64,000 nucleotides of DNA from Terriglobia bacterium (GCA_965198225.1 CBDAOY010000006.1:416001-480000); one strand, 5' to 3'. Counted from the first letter of the stretch, positions 18,995 to 29,439 are shown. Translations and numbers: made by a program. The notes: generated from the sequence alone by a model not told the origin.

Positions 18995-19026
18995 GTCGCC
19001 CATCACCAAACGTCGCGGTGGTCTTG

Positions 19027-21162
19027 TCAAAACGCCAGCAGGTATGTGAGTTTCACGACGCCGGCCCTCGCGTCGGGGGGTGCATCGAAGGGGCGGGGAC
19101 CGTCGAAGAAACGGTGTGCGGTGTTGAAAACGACGAACAGGTCGCTTCCCGGCGTGTGAATCCAGTTCACCCGAATGTTGGCCTGGAGGTCGCGAGAGAC
19201 CGTGTCGTATTGGATCAGGGCGCTCGAGAAAAGGCCCCGGTTGGCGGCCGCTCCCACGTTGAACCCCAGCAGGGTCGTCGAAATATCCTGGTCCTGGTCG
19301 GGAAACCTGAAGACGTCGTGGGACACGTTGGCGCCAAGGGACAGGTACTCGGAGAATTTGTAAAAGGTGTTGGCGCCGTAGCTGGTCCGGTTTCCGTTGA
19401 AGAACCCGCCTTTCCTCAGGCTGGCGCCGCCCTGGAGGCGCCGGCTGACGTTGGAGCGGAACCAGAGCCGGGCGTCGGAGAAGGTGTAGTCACCCGCCGG
19501 GATCGTTACTGTGTCGAACAGCTGGAACGTTGTTGCAGGACGGTCGAACTCCCGATTCACGTCGACACCCATCTGTTCCCCGGATTCGAATCGTGCGCTC
19601 ACCGAACCCCAGTGGCTCGTCGTCTGCTTCCGGTGGTCCTGTCCTTCGATGTAGTTGACACCGGCATTGAAGAGCAGCTGGCGAACGAGGCTGTCACCCG
19701 ACCCGAGTCGCGGGGTGTACGCCGCGTTGGTATGGTAGCGAATCATGTCCCGGCGCCGGACGAAGCCGATACCGGGATCAAAGTGCTCGCCGACGTTGAG
19801 ATAGCCCGCCTCGTATGCAAAGAGATCGTTCGCGAGGAAGAGGTTGACGCTACCGGCGCTTGAAGATGCCAACCGTTCCGGCGTCCACACTTTCGAAACC
19901 CAGGCGTTCAACTCGGAACTCCGGAAGAAGCGGAATGCCACGTCCCCGCCCGCAACCCGGTTGTACTCACCGCCTCCCTGTACGTTGGTGAAGATAGCTC
20001 CCACCGTCGCGCGAGCGCGCACGTCGGCACGCACCCGCGCCACGCTGAAATTCTGGCCTTCCAGATCGCCTTCATCCTCGGTCTGGATGTTCAACAGCCC
20101 GAGGGAGAAGGCGCCCGACTGCCCTGCGAGTCGCGCTCCTCCCAGAATGCCTTGCGTGAGACCGATTCGTCGGCTGAAGAAGGTCGCCGCTTCCCTTGGG
20201 TTTCCGAACGAGAAGAGACCGGCACGTTCCAGAAAGAACTCGCGCTTTTCGGGAAAGAACAGGTTGAACCGGTTCAGGTTTATCTGGACGTTGTCGGCCT
20301 CGACCTGCGCGAAGTCCGTGTTCGCGGTCAGATCGAGCGTGAAGTTAGGGGTCAAGCCCCATTTGACATCCAGGCCGACGTCCTTGACGGCTGCGGACTC
20401 GGGACCATCCGGACCCGGCCTTGTCGCGCCGACCAGGCCGTACGGCTTTACCTCCACGTGATGCTGACGTTTCAGGTTCCGAAGGCCCTGCAGTTCCGCA
20501 TACTGGGACACCTGGAAAATCTGCCGCCGGAAGTCGACGCCGATCAGGGGCCAGAAGACCTCCTCTTCCTTCCGTCGGATTGAGCGGTAGAAGGCGATGC
20601 CCATCCGAGGTTGGGCCGCTTCGTCGTAACGCAGCGTCGTAAACGGGATGGCAACCTCCAGAACCCAGCCGAAGTCGGTGACCCGGCCTTCGCTGCGGTA
20701 CACACCTTCCCAGTTCCAGTTGACCGGACCCTCGTCGGTCACCAGCGCATCACCCTGGGTGCCGAAGGCGTTCAGCTCGAAGATGTAGGCGTTGAGGCGA
20801 TCGAAGTAGGTGTCGAGGCCGATGATGACGCGATCATCCTGATCGATGCGTCCTTCACGCTGCAGGATGGTACGCCGAATCCGATCCGGTTCGGAATCGA
20901 ACATCGTGAAAGCGAAGTAGATGGAATCGTCGTCGTATGCGATTCGGACCTCGGTCCGTTCGCTCGGTGCCGCACCCTCGTTCGGCTCGCGTTGTTTGAA
21001 ATCCGTGATCGGGGCGATCCGTTGCCAGAAGGGTTCATCGAGGACGCCGTCGATCGCCGGCGCCTGGTCGATTGGAACAGCCGTGGCGACATCTTGCGGT
21101 GCGGCCGAAACCCGCGACGTCGACAGCGCCAACAGGACGACTACAAGGATCGATCGACGCAC
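19027..21162 (-). CDS. DUF5916 outer-membrane protein with N-terminal CBM9-like sugar-binding domain
   Basis: APAIDGVLDEPFW, ERTEVRIAYD, LDLTANTDFAQVEAD, NRFNLFFPEKREFFLE, FFSRRIGL; C-terminal VKLTYLLAF barrel signature. Confidence 0.88.
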   Translation of the reverse strand: MRRSILVVVLLALSTSRVSAAPQDVATAVPIDQAPAIDGVLDEPFWQRIAPITDFKQREPNEGAAPSERTEVRIAYDDDSIYFAFTMFDSEPDRIRRTILQREGRIDQDDRVIIGLDTYFDRLNAYIFELNAFGTQGDALVTDEGPVNWNWEGVYRSEGRVTDFGWVLEVAIPFTTLRYDEAAQPRMGIAFYRSIRRKEEEVFWPLIGVDFRRQIFQVSQYAELQGLRNLKRQHHVEVKPYGLVGATRPGPDGPESAAVKDVGLDVKWGLTPNFTLDLTANTDFAQVEADNVQINLNRFNLFFPEKREFFLERAGLFSFGNPREAATFFSRRIGLTQGILGGARLAGQSGAFSLGLLNIQTEDEGDLEGQNFSVARVRADVRARATVGAIFTNVQGGGEYNRVAGGDVAFRFFRSSELNAWVSKVWTPERLASSSAGSVNLFLANDLFAYEAGYLNVGEHFDPGIGFVRRRDMIRYHTNAAYTPRLGSGDSLVRQLLFNAGVNYIEGQDHRKQTTSHWGSVSARFESGEQMGVDVNREFDRPATTFQLFDTVTIPAGDYTFSDARLWFRSNVSRRLQGGASLRKGGFFNGNRTSYGANTFYKFSEYLSLGANVSHDVFRFPDQDQDISTTLLGFNVGAAANRGLFSSALIQYDTVSRDLQANIRVNWIHTPGSDLFVVFNTAHRFFDGPRPFDAPPDARAGVVKLTYLLAF

Positions 21163-21395
21163 GAACTTGTCATGACAGAGACGCCCAGGCACGTAGGCCA
21201 GACTTGCATCCGTCAACGACAAACACTCCTCCGTGCCTCAGCGTCTCCGTAGTTATTCTTCTCGCAAGGCCTAGTGACCTGTGCTCACGGACGGGGACAG
21301 GATCCTTCTCGGACCGAGCGCCCCAGAGGTCATCGCAGAGTTTGTGGGTTATGAGGTGGGTTGAATCTGCCGCAGCAGCGGCGGTCCAAACAGAG

Positions 21396-21465
21396 GTGTA
21401 GGTGCGGTCTATGACCGCACACTCTTCGATCCGAAACGTATGCGCTCATAGAAGCACACCTACAC
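21396..21465. repeat. REPIN-like doublet (copy 5, right arm degenerate)
   Basis: GTGTAGGTGCGGTCTATGACCGCAC ... ATGCGCTCATAGAAGCACACCTACAC. Confidence 0.85.
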
Positions 21466-21608
21466 TAAAGATGGAGTCGGGGCAAGTCATCGCGCGCGAA
21501 AACGCGGGAGCCCAGACTTCTTATGAGAAATCCTCGTTAGTTCTTCAAACCCGTTCGAGACAGGATCCCGGTTGACGGGAATGTCGGCTTCGTCTTCACG
21601 AGGAGTAG

Positions 21609-23027
21609 CTAGTCCGCCTCCGCTTCCCCGATGTTGACCTCGATGTGCACCCAGCGACCCTGCTCGAAGCGCGCAACCGAGAGGACACATCGCAGGATGT
21701 GGCCCACCAGGATCGCGCCCCAAACGTCCGCGCTTTCCAGGCCCCCGCTCATCTGCGCAACGGTCAGGTAGCCGATCGGTACGGCGAGCTGAGAAATGAG
21801 AGTGATGACCAGCGGGCTCCGCGTGTCGCCGGCTCCCTGGAGGGCGCCGGTGTAGTTGAGGGCGACGGTGACGAAGAGGGCCGAAACGCTGAGATAACTG
21901 AGAAGCTCGGTCCCAAGTTCCAGCACGATTGGCTGCTCGAGACCGAAGACGCCGAGAAGCCGTTGGGGCATCAACACAAAAAGAGCCCCGACGCCTGCGG
22001 CGAGGAGCAAGCCGAACATCGCGCTGGTCCGTGCGGCCTTCTTGGTGCGTTCTGGAAAACCCGCGCCCAGGTTCTGCCCGGCGACCGTCGAAGTGGCCGC
22101 CATCAATCCGACCGACGTCCACGTGACGAGGGAAAACAGCTGGGTGTAGCCGACGGCGTAGGCCGCCTGAGCCTCCCCGCTGTGAGGAAGCGAGCCTACG
22201 AAGCCTACGAGCGCCGCCCCACCGAGATTCATCGCAATCCCTTGGAAACCCGTGGGTAACCCGAATCGAAAGAGCTCGCGGATGATTCCCCAGTCGGGAC
22301 GAAACGAGACTGTTTCGGGGAGCCGGACTATGAGTCGGTTCGTCACCAGAAGATAAACGGCATAGCCTCCGACCAGGCCCGACGCGATGACGGTGCCGAG
22401 TGCGGCGCCGAGCGTTCCGAACGCGGGGATGGGGCCCAGACCACGGATCAGCACAAGACTCCCCACGAAATTGAGCGCAGTCATCGCTATTCCGAGACGG
22501 AGGGGGGTTCTCGCGTCGCCCGCCGCTCGCAGAACTCCCGCCATCATGTAGTACAGCAGCATGCCGAGGCAGAAAACGAACAGCGTCCTGAGGTAAGGCA
22601 GGGCCTCGGCACGAACTTCCGGCGACGCGTTCAACAAGCCGAGCAGCTGTGGCGCAAAGAAGATCCCAACCGGCGCCAGGAACAAGACGACCATCAAAAT
22701 GGCCGTCAAGATACCCTGGAGGACGACGCGGTTGACCTTCTCGGGTTCGCCGGCGCCGGCGAACCGGGCGACGAGGATACTCATGCCGGTAAACACAGAA
22801 ACCACAAAGACGATCACCACGAGGAAAATCTGCCAGCTCACACCGATCGCGGCGTTACCGGTAAAGCCGACGTAGCGCCCGACGAGGGTGTGGTCGACAA
22901 TGCCCTGGAAGCCGGCGATCACGTTTTGCAACATCGTCGGCCACGCGAGCTTCCAGACGGCTTTGGAAAGCGGGCCCTGGACGATCTGGGGGTCGAACTC
23001 TTGAGATCTCGAATCGCGGTCTGCCAT
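21609..23027 (-). CDS. MATE family efflux transporter
   Basis: KLAWPTML, VDHTLVGR, LRAAGDARTPL, GQNLGAG, LQGAGDTRSPL; about 12 TM segments. Confidence 0.93.
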   Translation of the reverse strand: MADRDSRSQEFDPQIVQGPLSKAVWKLAWPTMLQNVIAGFQGIVDHTLVGRYVGFTGNAAIGVSWQIFLVVIVFVVSVFTGMSILVARFAGAGEPEKVNRVVLQGILTAILMVVLFLAPVGIFFAPQLLGLLNASPEVRAEALPYLRTLFVFCLGMLLYYMMAGVLRAAGDARTPLRLGIAMTALNFVGSLVLIRGLGPIPAFGTLGAALGTVIASGLVGGYAVYLLVTNRLIVRLPETVSFRPDWGIIRELFRFGLPTGFQGIAMNLGGAALVGFVGSLPHSGEAQAAYAVGYTQLFSLVTWTSVGLMAATSTVAGQNLGAGFPERTKKAARTSAMFGLLLAAGVGALFVLMPQRLLGVFGLEQPIVLELGTELLSYLSVSALFVTVALNYTGALQGAGDTRSPLVITLISQLAVPIGYLTVAQMSGGLESADVWGAILVGHILRCVLSVARFEQGRWVHIEVNIGEAEAD

Positions 23028-23318
23028 TGTCTGTCGCGGAGCATTGTACAGGCTCGTACCGGGCAGGCGACAAACCGGCCAGGCCCGACTGAGGTTGCGG
23101 TCGCGACGTGAAGATCCGACCGTCGCCCGAGGCACCGCCCGGTTGTGGGCCAAAAACGTGCGCGATATGATCCGTGCGTCTCGTTTCGCCAGATCCCAGG
23201 GGACGTTCGATTTCCATGCGAGCCGAAGTCGGGAGTCGCACAGAATTCAAGAATTGCTCTCATCCGGTAGTGGGAGTTCGGGTCGGTCGAAGCGCATGCA
23301 TCCGCGCCTGTTGAGACG

Positions 23319-24833
23319 ATGAACCTTGCCAACCACCTCCTCCGCGCTGGGCTTTACCGTGGCGCGTTTCCGGCCATCGCCTTCGGAACGAGCGTCCTGC
23401 GGAGCTACAGCGAGCTCGCGTCCCGTGCGTCGCGGATTGCCGGTGCGTTGCGCGGACGTCTCGGCCTCGAGCCCGGTGACCGCGTCGCGCTAACGCTCAA
23501 GAATTGCCCGGAGTACCTGGAGCTGATCTATGGCTGCTGGCACGCCGGGCTTGTCGCGGTACCGATGAACTCCAAGCTGCATCCGAGCGAGTTCGCGTAC
23601 ATGTTCGAGCACAGCGGCGCGAGGCTCGGCTTCGCGACCCCAGAGCTTGCGGAGGCGGTCGCCGCCACACGAATCTTGCAGAGAATCATCGAGGTCGGCG
23701 GCGCGGAGTATGCCGGGCTCTTCCAGAGCCCGGCGCTCCCAGTCGAAACGCGTGCGCCGGACGATCCGGCCTGGCTGTTCTACACCAGTGGCACTACCGG
23801 ACGCCCGAAAGGCGCGACCCTCACTCATCGTAATCTGGCCGCGATGAGCTTCTGCTACGTCTCGGACGTCGATCCCGGCAGCCCATGGGGCGCCATTCTG
23901 CATGCAGCGCCGATGAGTCACGGTTCCGGTCTCTACGGCGTGCCGAACGTGATGCAAGCCGCCTGTCACGTCATCCCCGAGAGCGGGGGCTTCGACCCGG
24001 CCGAAATCTACGAACTGATCCGGACCTACGCCGACAGCTCGTTCTTTGCGGCGCCGACCATGGTCAAGCGCCTCCTGGACCATCCGCGCGACGCGGACAC
24101 GCGCAATCTGAAGACCCTCATGTACGGCGGTGGGCCGATGTACGTCGAGGACTGCCGCGCGGCGCTGGAACGATTCGGTCCCAAGCTTTCGCAGCTCTAC
24201 GGTCAGGGTGAGAGCCCGATGACGATCACCGCGCTGGGGCGAAGCGTGCATGCAGAAAGCGACCACCCGCGCTGGCTGGCCCGGCTGGCATCGGTCGGCG
24301 TTGCCCAGAGCGTGGTGGAGGTTCGCGTCGCCGGCGAGGACGATCAAACCCTACCCGTCGGCGAGATCGGCGAAGTCCTCGTGCGCGGCGACTCGGTGAT
24401 GCTGGGCTACTGGGAGGATCCCGACGCGACCGCTCGCACCCTGCGCGGCGGTTGGCTGCACACCGGCGACGTCGGGGTGCTGGACGAGGAAGGCTTCCTG
24501 ACTCTCAAAGATCGCTCCAAGGACGTCATCATCTCAGGCGGTGCCAATATCTATCCGCGAGAGATCGAGGAAGTGCTCAGCGGTCACCCCGCCCTCGCCG
24601 AGGTTTCGGTCATCGGCCGTCCCGACCGGGAGTGGGGCGAAGCGGTCGTCGCCTATGTCGTCGCACGCGAGAACGCGGCGGTTCGCGCCGAGGACCTCGA
24701 CGCCTTCTGCCTGGAGAGAATCGCGCGCTTCAAGCGCCCCAGGGATTATCGCTTCATCGACGAGCTGCCGAAAAACGAGTACGGCAAAGTGCTCAAGACC
24801 GATCTTCGAGAGCGTGAAGCGAACCGGCGGTAG
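23319..24833 (+). CDS. AMP-binding acyl-CoA synthetase (long-chain fatty acid--CoA ligase family)
   Basis: YTSGTTGRPKG, YGQGE, WLHTGDVG, DRSKDVIISGGANIYPREIE, LPKNEYGKVLK. Confidence 0.93.
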   Translation: MNLANHLLRAGLYRGAFPAIAFGTSVLRSYSELASRASRIAGALRGRLGLEPGDRVALTLKNCPEYLELIYGCWHAGLVAVPMNSKLHPSEFAYMFEHSGARLGFATPELAEAVAATRILQRIIEVGGAEYAGLFQSPALPVETRAPDDPAWLFYTSGTTGRPKGATLTHRNLAAMSFCYVSDVDPGSPWGAILHAAPMSHGSGLYGVPNVMQAACHVIPESGGFDPAEIYELIRTYADSSFFAAPTMVKRLLDHPRDADTRNLKTLMYGGGPMYVEDCRAALERFGPKLSQLYGQGESPMTITALGRSVHAESDHPRWLARLASVGVAQSVVEVRVAGEDDQTLPVGEIGEVLVRGDSVMLGYWEDPDATARTLRGGWLHTGDVGVLDEEGFLTLKDRSKDVIISGGANIYPREIEEVLSGHPALAEVSVIGRPDREWGEAVVAYVVARENAAVRAEDLDAFCLERIARFKRPRDYRFIDELPKNEYGKVLKTDLREREANRR

Positions 24834-25034
24834 GCCGGGGCGAGCGTAACCGGGGAGGAAGTACCTATCGGCTCGCGGGCCCGCCGATCGAAGAGTGTTG
24901 GCGTGACGGCCCCAAGAAGCTTACGCTGGAAGAATCACCCTGCCCGGAAAGTTTCGTTCGGAATCCCGGAATGCTGTTAACCGATCAGGGGCGGAACCGG
25001 TATTAAGGTAGTGAGATTGTTAATGGAGAACCTG

Positions 25035-25895
25035 ATGCGAAAAACATTCTGGACGATCCCGGTTCTGACGGCCCTGCTGGCCATCGACGCTGCCGCGCAG
25101 ACGACGACTTCGTCGCCCCCTGTGCAAACACCTCCAGCGCGCCAGGCGGCGCCGTCCGCGGACCAGAGGGCGACCACCGTGCGTGAACAGCTCCGAAGAG
25201 TTCTGGCGCAGTATCCTTCGACACTGCAGGAGGTCCTTCGGATTGACCCCGCGCTGATGACCGACGCCGATTACCTGGCGACGTATCCGGCTCTGGCCGC
25301 GTTCCTGGCCGAGTATCCCGAGGTCGCACACAACCCCGGCTATTTCGTCGGTACTTCTCGGTACCAGGACGGCAGTGACATCATGGAAGCCTTCATAGCG
25401 TTCCTGGTATTCGCGACGATGGTCGGCGTGGTCGTTTGGCTCATCCGAACCATTATCGACTACCGGCGCTGGAACCGCCTGTCCCGCGTCCAGACGGAGG
25501 TGCATTCGAAGCTGTTGGATCGTTTCACAGCCAGCGAAGACCTCCTCGCCTACATCGGCACGCCCGCCGGCCGTCGATTCCTGGAATCGGCCCCGATTTC
25601 CCTCGACAGCGGCAGCCCGGCGCTGGGCGCGCCAACCAACCGGATAATGTGGTCCATCCAGGCCGGCCTGGTGCTCACGCTGGGGGGGACGGGCATCCAT
25701 TTTGCGATCCCGCGCCTGACGGACCAGAGCGCTGCCGATCCACTTTATGTGGTCGGGGTGATCGCGATTGCTCTCGGAATCGGGTTCGTGCTGTCGGGCG
25801 TGGCCGCAATGTTCCTTTCCCGAAAACTCGGTCTGATCGAACAATGGCAGCCCGGGTCGGCATCCGACGAGGCACCCGCGGCGCCGCCGTCATGA
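25035..25895 (+). CDS. Membrane protein co-transcribed with an ECF sigma/anti-sigma pair
   Basis: Signal peptide after GGAG RBS; YPALAAFLAEYPEVAHNPGYF; three TM helices; first gene of a three-gene unit. Confidence 0.75.
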   Translation: MRKTFWTIPVLTALLAIDAAAQTTTSSPPVQTPPARQAAPSADQRATTVREQLRRVLAQYPSTLQEVLRIDPALMTDADYLATYPALAAFLAEYPEVAHNPGYFVGTSRYQDGSDIMEAFIAFLVFATMVGVVVWLIRTIIDYRRWNRLSRVQTEVHSKLLDRFTASEDLLAYIGTPAGRRFLESAPISLDSGSPALGAPTNRIMWSIQAGLVLTLGGTGIHFAIPRLTDQSAADPLYVVGVIAIALGIGFVLSGVAAMFLSRKLGLIEQWQPGSASDEAPAAPPS

Positions 25896-25909
25896 CGATT
25901 GGTTGAGAC

Positions 25910-26491
25910 TTGATGATACCTAACCCAGCTCTGCTCGAAATCGAGGCTCTCGCGGCGCAGCCGGCGGAAGCGGAAAACACACTGCAGATGGATCAGGACC
26001 AATTCTGCTCCCTGTATGAAAGGACTGCGCGGCCGCTATGGGTCTTCCTTCTCCGGCGAACCAGCGATGAGCATCTCGCCGACGATTTGCTTCAGGAGAC
26101 CTACTACCGGTTCCTGCGAACGCGCCGCGAGTACAACAACGAAGCCCACCGGCGGAACTACCTGTTTCGGATCGCTTCCAACGTGGCAAATGACGCGCTG
26201 CGACAAAGGCGGGACCGCTCCTTTTTCGCACTGGCCGACGAGGGGGGCGTGGCCGCGGCCACCGACGTCGCCGGCCAGAGTCAGAAACGGACCGACCTGG
26301 CCCGCGCTATGCAGCAGTTGAACGCCCGCCAGCAGGAGGCCCTGTGGCTCGCCTACGCCGAAGGGTCTTCGCACGAGGAGATCGCCGGGGTACTGGGCAT
26401 GAAGACAAACAGCGTCAAACTGCTGCTGTTCCGCGCCAGGCGAAAGCTCGCGGCTCTGCTGCGTGGCTCGGACGGGAGAACCGCACGATGA
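25910..26491 (+). CDS. ECF sigma-70 factor
   Basis: Region 2 ADDLLQETYYRFL...YLFRIASN; region 4 LNARQQEALWLAYAEGSSHEEIAGVLG...VKLLLFRARRKL. Confidence 0.93.
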   Translation: MMIPNPALLEIEALAAQPAEAENTLQMDQDQFCSLYERTARPLWVFLLRRTSDEHLADDLLQETYYRFLRTRREYNNEAHRRNYLFRIASNVANDALRQRRDRSFFALADEGGVAAATDVAGQSQKRTDLARAMQQLNARQQEALWLAYAEGSSHEEIAGVLGMKTNSVKLLLFRARRKLAALLRGSDGRTAR

Positions 26492-26997
26492 GACTGACCG
26501 AATGCAGTCGGGAACCGGAACTGGTCGAGGCCTTCGCCGAGGGCCGCTGGCCGGATGCGTGCGACGAAGACCTGCGACGGCACGCCGACCAATGTGCCGT
26601 TTGTGCGGACGTCCTGGAAGTAGCCTCTTCGATGCAGGACGACTATCGTTCGGCGATCGCCGAGGTGCAGGTGCCCTCGGCTTCCCTCGTCTGGTGGCGT
26701 GCGGAACTGCGAGCGCGCCACGAAGCTGCCCGAACCGCGGCTCGTCCGATCACTGTCGTACACGCCTTTGCCGCAGCGGCTGCCGTCGGAGTCATCCTGG
26801 CGCTGGGGGGGCTTCTCGTCCCCGTGATTCAGGGTTGGTTCGGCGGGCTATCGACGATTCTACCGCCGACGGTTGGCGCCGAAGCCAGCTTCCTGCCGAT
26901 GGCGGGAGTGCCTTTTGCCCTGCCCGCTATCCTCGGAATCGGCTGCTGCCTCTTACTGGCCCCTCTCGCCGTCTACTTCATTCTTTCGGAAAAGTAG
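26488..26997 (+). CDS. Putative membrane anti-sigma factor (zinc-binding HxxxCxxC)
   Basis: ATGA overlap with sigma stop; RHADQCAVC motif; WWRAELRAR; two TM helices. Confidence 0.8.
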   Translation: MRLTECSREPELVEAFAEGRWPDACDEDLRRHADQCAVCADVLEVASSMQDDYRSAIAEVQVPSASLVWWRAELRARHEAARTAARPITVVHAFAAAAAVGVILALGGLLVPVIQGWFGGLSTILPPTVGAEASFLPMAGVPFALPAILGIGCCLLLAPLAVYFILSEK

Positions 26998-27039
26998 CAC
27001 TCGTCGCTCAGTAGGTTGTCGCAGGAATGCTGGGTTTGT

Positions 27040-28986
27040 TCAAGGCTCGGGCTCGCGCAGTTGCCCAAGCACGCCATGATGTCCCATCTTCTCCGCCCAC
27101 GCCCGGGGTTTCGCCCAGGGCTCGGCGTTGGCCTCCACCGGGTCGGCTCCCCGCTCCAGCAGCAGCTTCACCAGCTCGAGCCGACCCCACCGGCAGGCCC
27201 AGCCCAGCGGCGTGCTCTGGAGCAGATCGTCGCGTACATCCAGCCGGGCACCCGCATCCAGGAGCAGAGTCGCGAAAGCGACAACCTCCTCTCCGGTCAC
27301 GTGAGCGCCCATCGCGGCGACCTCGTGCAGGATCGTCTGGCCACCCCGTTCGGGTCGCACGTCAGGGCCACACCGCTCCAGGATGAGACGGAAGCACGTG
27401 AGGTAGGTGCCCCGGTCCAACTTCGGGTTCGCCGTGGGTATTCGCGCTATGTGATTCCAGAAGACCAAGGGTGACCATAGGATCCGGTACCATCGCGGAT
27501 CATCGGCCGGCCAGTCGATCCCGTCGAGCGCCATACGCACGATCTCGGGATCGCCGCCGCTCGCCGCGCTGTCGAGCAGGGTCTCGGCCAGCGTCTTCCC
27601 AGGCCCTGCCGCCCCGTTGGGGAGGCGACCAGCCGCCTCCTCGGCGAGCATCTGCCGCGCCAGATCAGTGTCCCGATAGTATCCGGCGTTCGCCGCATAC
27701 ACCACGCCACCATACCGCGCCAGCAGCTGGACCATCGTCGGGTCCCGCTCGCCATACGCCCTGCCGACCGGTGTGCCCGAGGTAAACACCTGGCCGTTGG
27801 GGTCTGCCCCCCGCTCGAGCAGCATTTCGGCCATGGCAAGCTTGCCGACGCCGGCACAACTGTAGAGCGGCATGCCCCACGAGTAGCCCACCTCCTCGGT
27901 TCCGGCCAGGCGCACCCGCTCGTCCGGGTCCAGCTCGAGATCCAGCAGCAGTTCCAACATCTCGGGCCGATCGTGCTTCACTGCAATCGTGAGTAAGCCG
28001 CTGAATGGGCCGAACACATCGAAGACGGTAGCGTTGGCCAGCCTGCCTTCAGCGTGCCGCGTTCGCACCCAGGCCGCGTCGCCCAGGGCCACGGCTGAAA
28101 CGGACGTCAGCTCGGCGCCATGCCGTAGAAGAAGCCTCGCGACGGATTTGAACCGCTCCGGGCCACCGGTCTTCTTCCTCCATCCCGTTTGGGAGGCCGC
28201 CAGGCCCAGCGGCGTCCAATCGTCCTTGCCGGTCCGATTCGCGTCTGCGCCGTGCGCCAGCAGCCAGGCTACTGTGTTTTCCTGGAGCATCGCCGCCGCT
28301 CGATGGAGCGGCGTCCATCCGGCAGGGTCGCTGGCCTGGATCAGCGCTGGATCAGCCTCCATCATCGCGACTGCCCGATCTTCGTCGTCCCGCCTCATCG
28401 CTTCCTCCAGCTCTGGAACCGGGGATGCGCTCGAGTTCGAACCGCGGCGAAGCGTCTCTGCTTCGTCGATGATGGAAACGATATCGTCATAGCTGCGCTC
28501 GCGGGCCAGGCGGAGCGCGCTCGTGGCTTCGCGGTGCGGCCAGATCCCGACTCGGGCGTCTGCCCCGTGTTCCATCAAGAGCCGGGCCATCGCCGCATCG
28601 CGACGCAGAACCGCTAAGTGCAACGCCCGGTACTCCCCGTGCCCTGGCCGCTCGAGATTGACGATTTCCGGCCGCCGGCGCAGCATGTCCCCGACCGCGA
28701 GCGCATCGCCGCGCTCGACCGCATCGCAGAGCCGGCCTGCCGTCACACCATCCACGAAGGCCTTGAGCTTCGGCCAGCTCTCTAAGCCATACGACCGCGC
28801 CAGCACGAGCTGTGCGTCATGCAGGGCGAAGCTCGATGCGTCCGCTTCGTGGTAATGGGCGTTCACCTCGGCAAAGGCGTCGGCCTCACCGGCAAGGAAC
28901 GTCTTCAACAGCTCCTTCGCTTGACGCTTGAGTTGAGGGAGGTTCGGTCGTTCCGGTAGTGAGCGGGTGGGCGGGTGTCTCTTCAC
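27040..28986 (-). CDS. Cytoplasmic ankyrin-repeat protein with N-terminal LPERPNLPQLKRQAKELL helical domain
   Basis: N-terminal LPERPNLPQLKRQAKELL...LHDAQLVLARSYGLESWPKLK; ankyrin repeats (ALHLAV, GWTPLHRAA, WTPLGLAA, STPLGWACRWG); AAGGAG RBS before GTG. Confidence 0.88.
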   Translation of the reverse strand: MKRHPPTRSLPERPNLPQLKRQAKELLKTFLAGEADAFAEVNAHYHEADASSFALHDAQLVLARSYGLESWPKLKAFVDGVTAGRLCDAVERGDALAVGDMLRRRPEIVNLERPGHGEYRALHLAVLRRDAAMARLLMEHGADARVGIWPHREATSALRLARERSYDDIVSIIDEAETLRRGSNSSASPVPELEEAMRRDDEDRAVAMMEADPALIQASDPAGWTPLHRAAAMLQENTVAWLLAHGADANRTGKDDWTPLGLAASQTGWRKKTGGPERFKSVARLLLRHGAELTSVSAVALGDAAWVRTRHAEGRLANATVFDVFGPFSGLLTIAVKHDRPEMLELLLDLELDPDERVRLAGTEEVGYSWGMPLYSCAGVGKLAMAEMLLERGADPNGQVFTSGTPVGRAYGERDPTMVQLLARYGGVVYAANAGYYRDTDLARQMLAEEAAGRLPNGAAGPGKTLAETLLDSAASGGDPEIVRMALDGIDWPADDPRWYRILWSPLVFWNHIARIPTANPKLDRGTYLTCFRLILERCGPDVRPERGGQTILHEVAAMGAHVTGEEVVAFATLLLDAGARLDVRDDLLQSTPLGWACRWGRLELVKLLLERGADPVEANAEPWAKPRAWAEKMGHHGVLGQLREPEP

Positions 28987-28992
28987 AATGAA

Positions 28993-29143
28993 CTCCTTCC
29001 CCGGCTGCGCGTATCCCGTCAGCCATGGCGCCCGGTGCCCGCTCGCTCGGACGGAAAAGAGATCATCGAAAACAGATGTGACTCTCGCTCAGTTCAGGAG
29101 GACGCAGTCCTTCCCGCGGACACGGCGGCGCCCTGACGCGCCG
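28993..29143 (-). promoter_or_regulatory. Putative structured cis-regulatory 5' leader RNA
   Basis: Starts about 7 nt after TATAAT (29149-29154, minus strand); nested stems CGUCAG/CUGACG, GGCGCC/GGCGCC, GUGUCCGC/GCGGGCAC, GGGAAGGA/UCUUUUCC; ends at the SD. Confidence 0.55.
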
Positions 29144-29223
29144 AGCGTATTATAAACCGCACGGGTGCATGTTGAAGCCCGTTCACCCGGCCGAATTGTC
29201 TGGACACCCTCGTTCAAGGTGTC

Positions 29224-29439
29224 GTGGAATCAATTCGTGGGAGGTTTCCGATGGGTGGCCGCGCGCCGAGACTCGAACGACAGGGTCCTGCAAAGAATCC
29301 GGTTGAGAGACAAGACGAATCTTCGAGAGGCGCGAACGATGTCGAAGAACCAACTTCCTCGAACACCGATGTCCTCGAGATCGACGATGAGTTCGACGCC
29401 CTCGCGCTAATGCGGTGGAGCGAGGAAGGCGGCCCGTAA
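29224..29439 (+). CDS. Small acidic hypothetical protein ending in RWSEEGGP
   Basis: 71-aa ORF filling an intergenic gap; a GGAGG precedes the internal ATG at about 29251; C-terminal RWxxEGG resembles a widespread small-protein motif (from recall). Confidence 0.4.
   Translation: MESIRGRFPMGGRAPRLERQGPAKNPVERQDESSRGANDVEEPTSSNTDVLEIDDEFDALALMRWSEEGGP

Noticed and set aside
21271-21283. CTAGTGACCTGTG as another copy of the third repeat family
   Set aside because: Only about 12 bp match and no inverted partner was found; could be chance.
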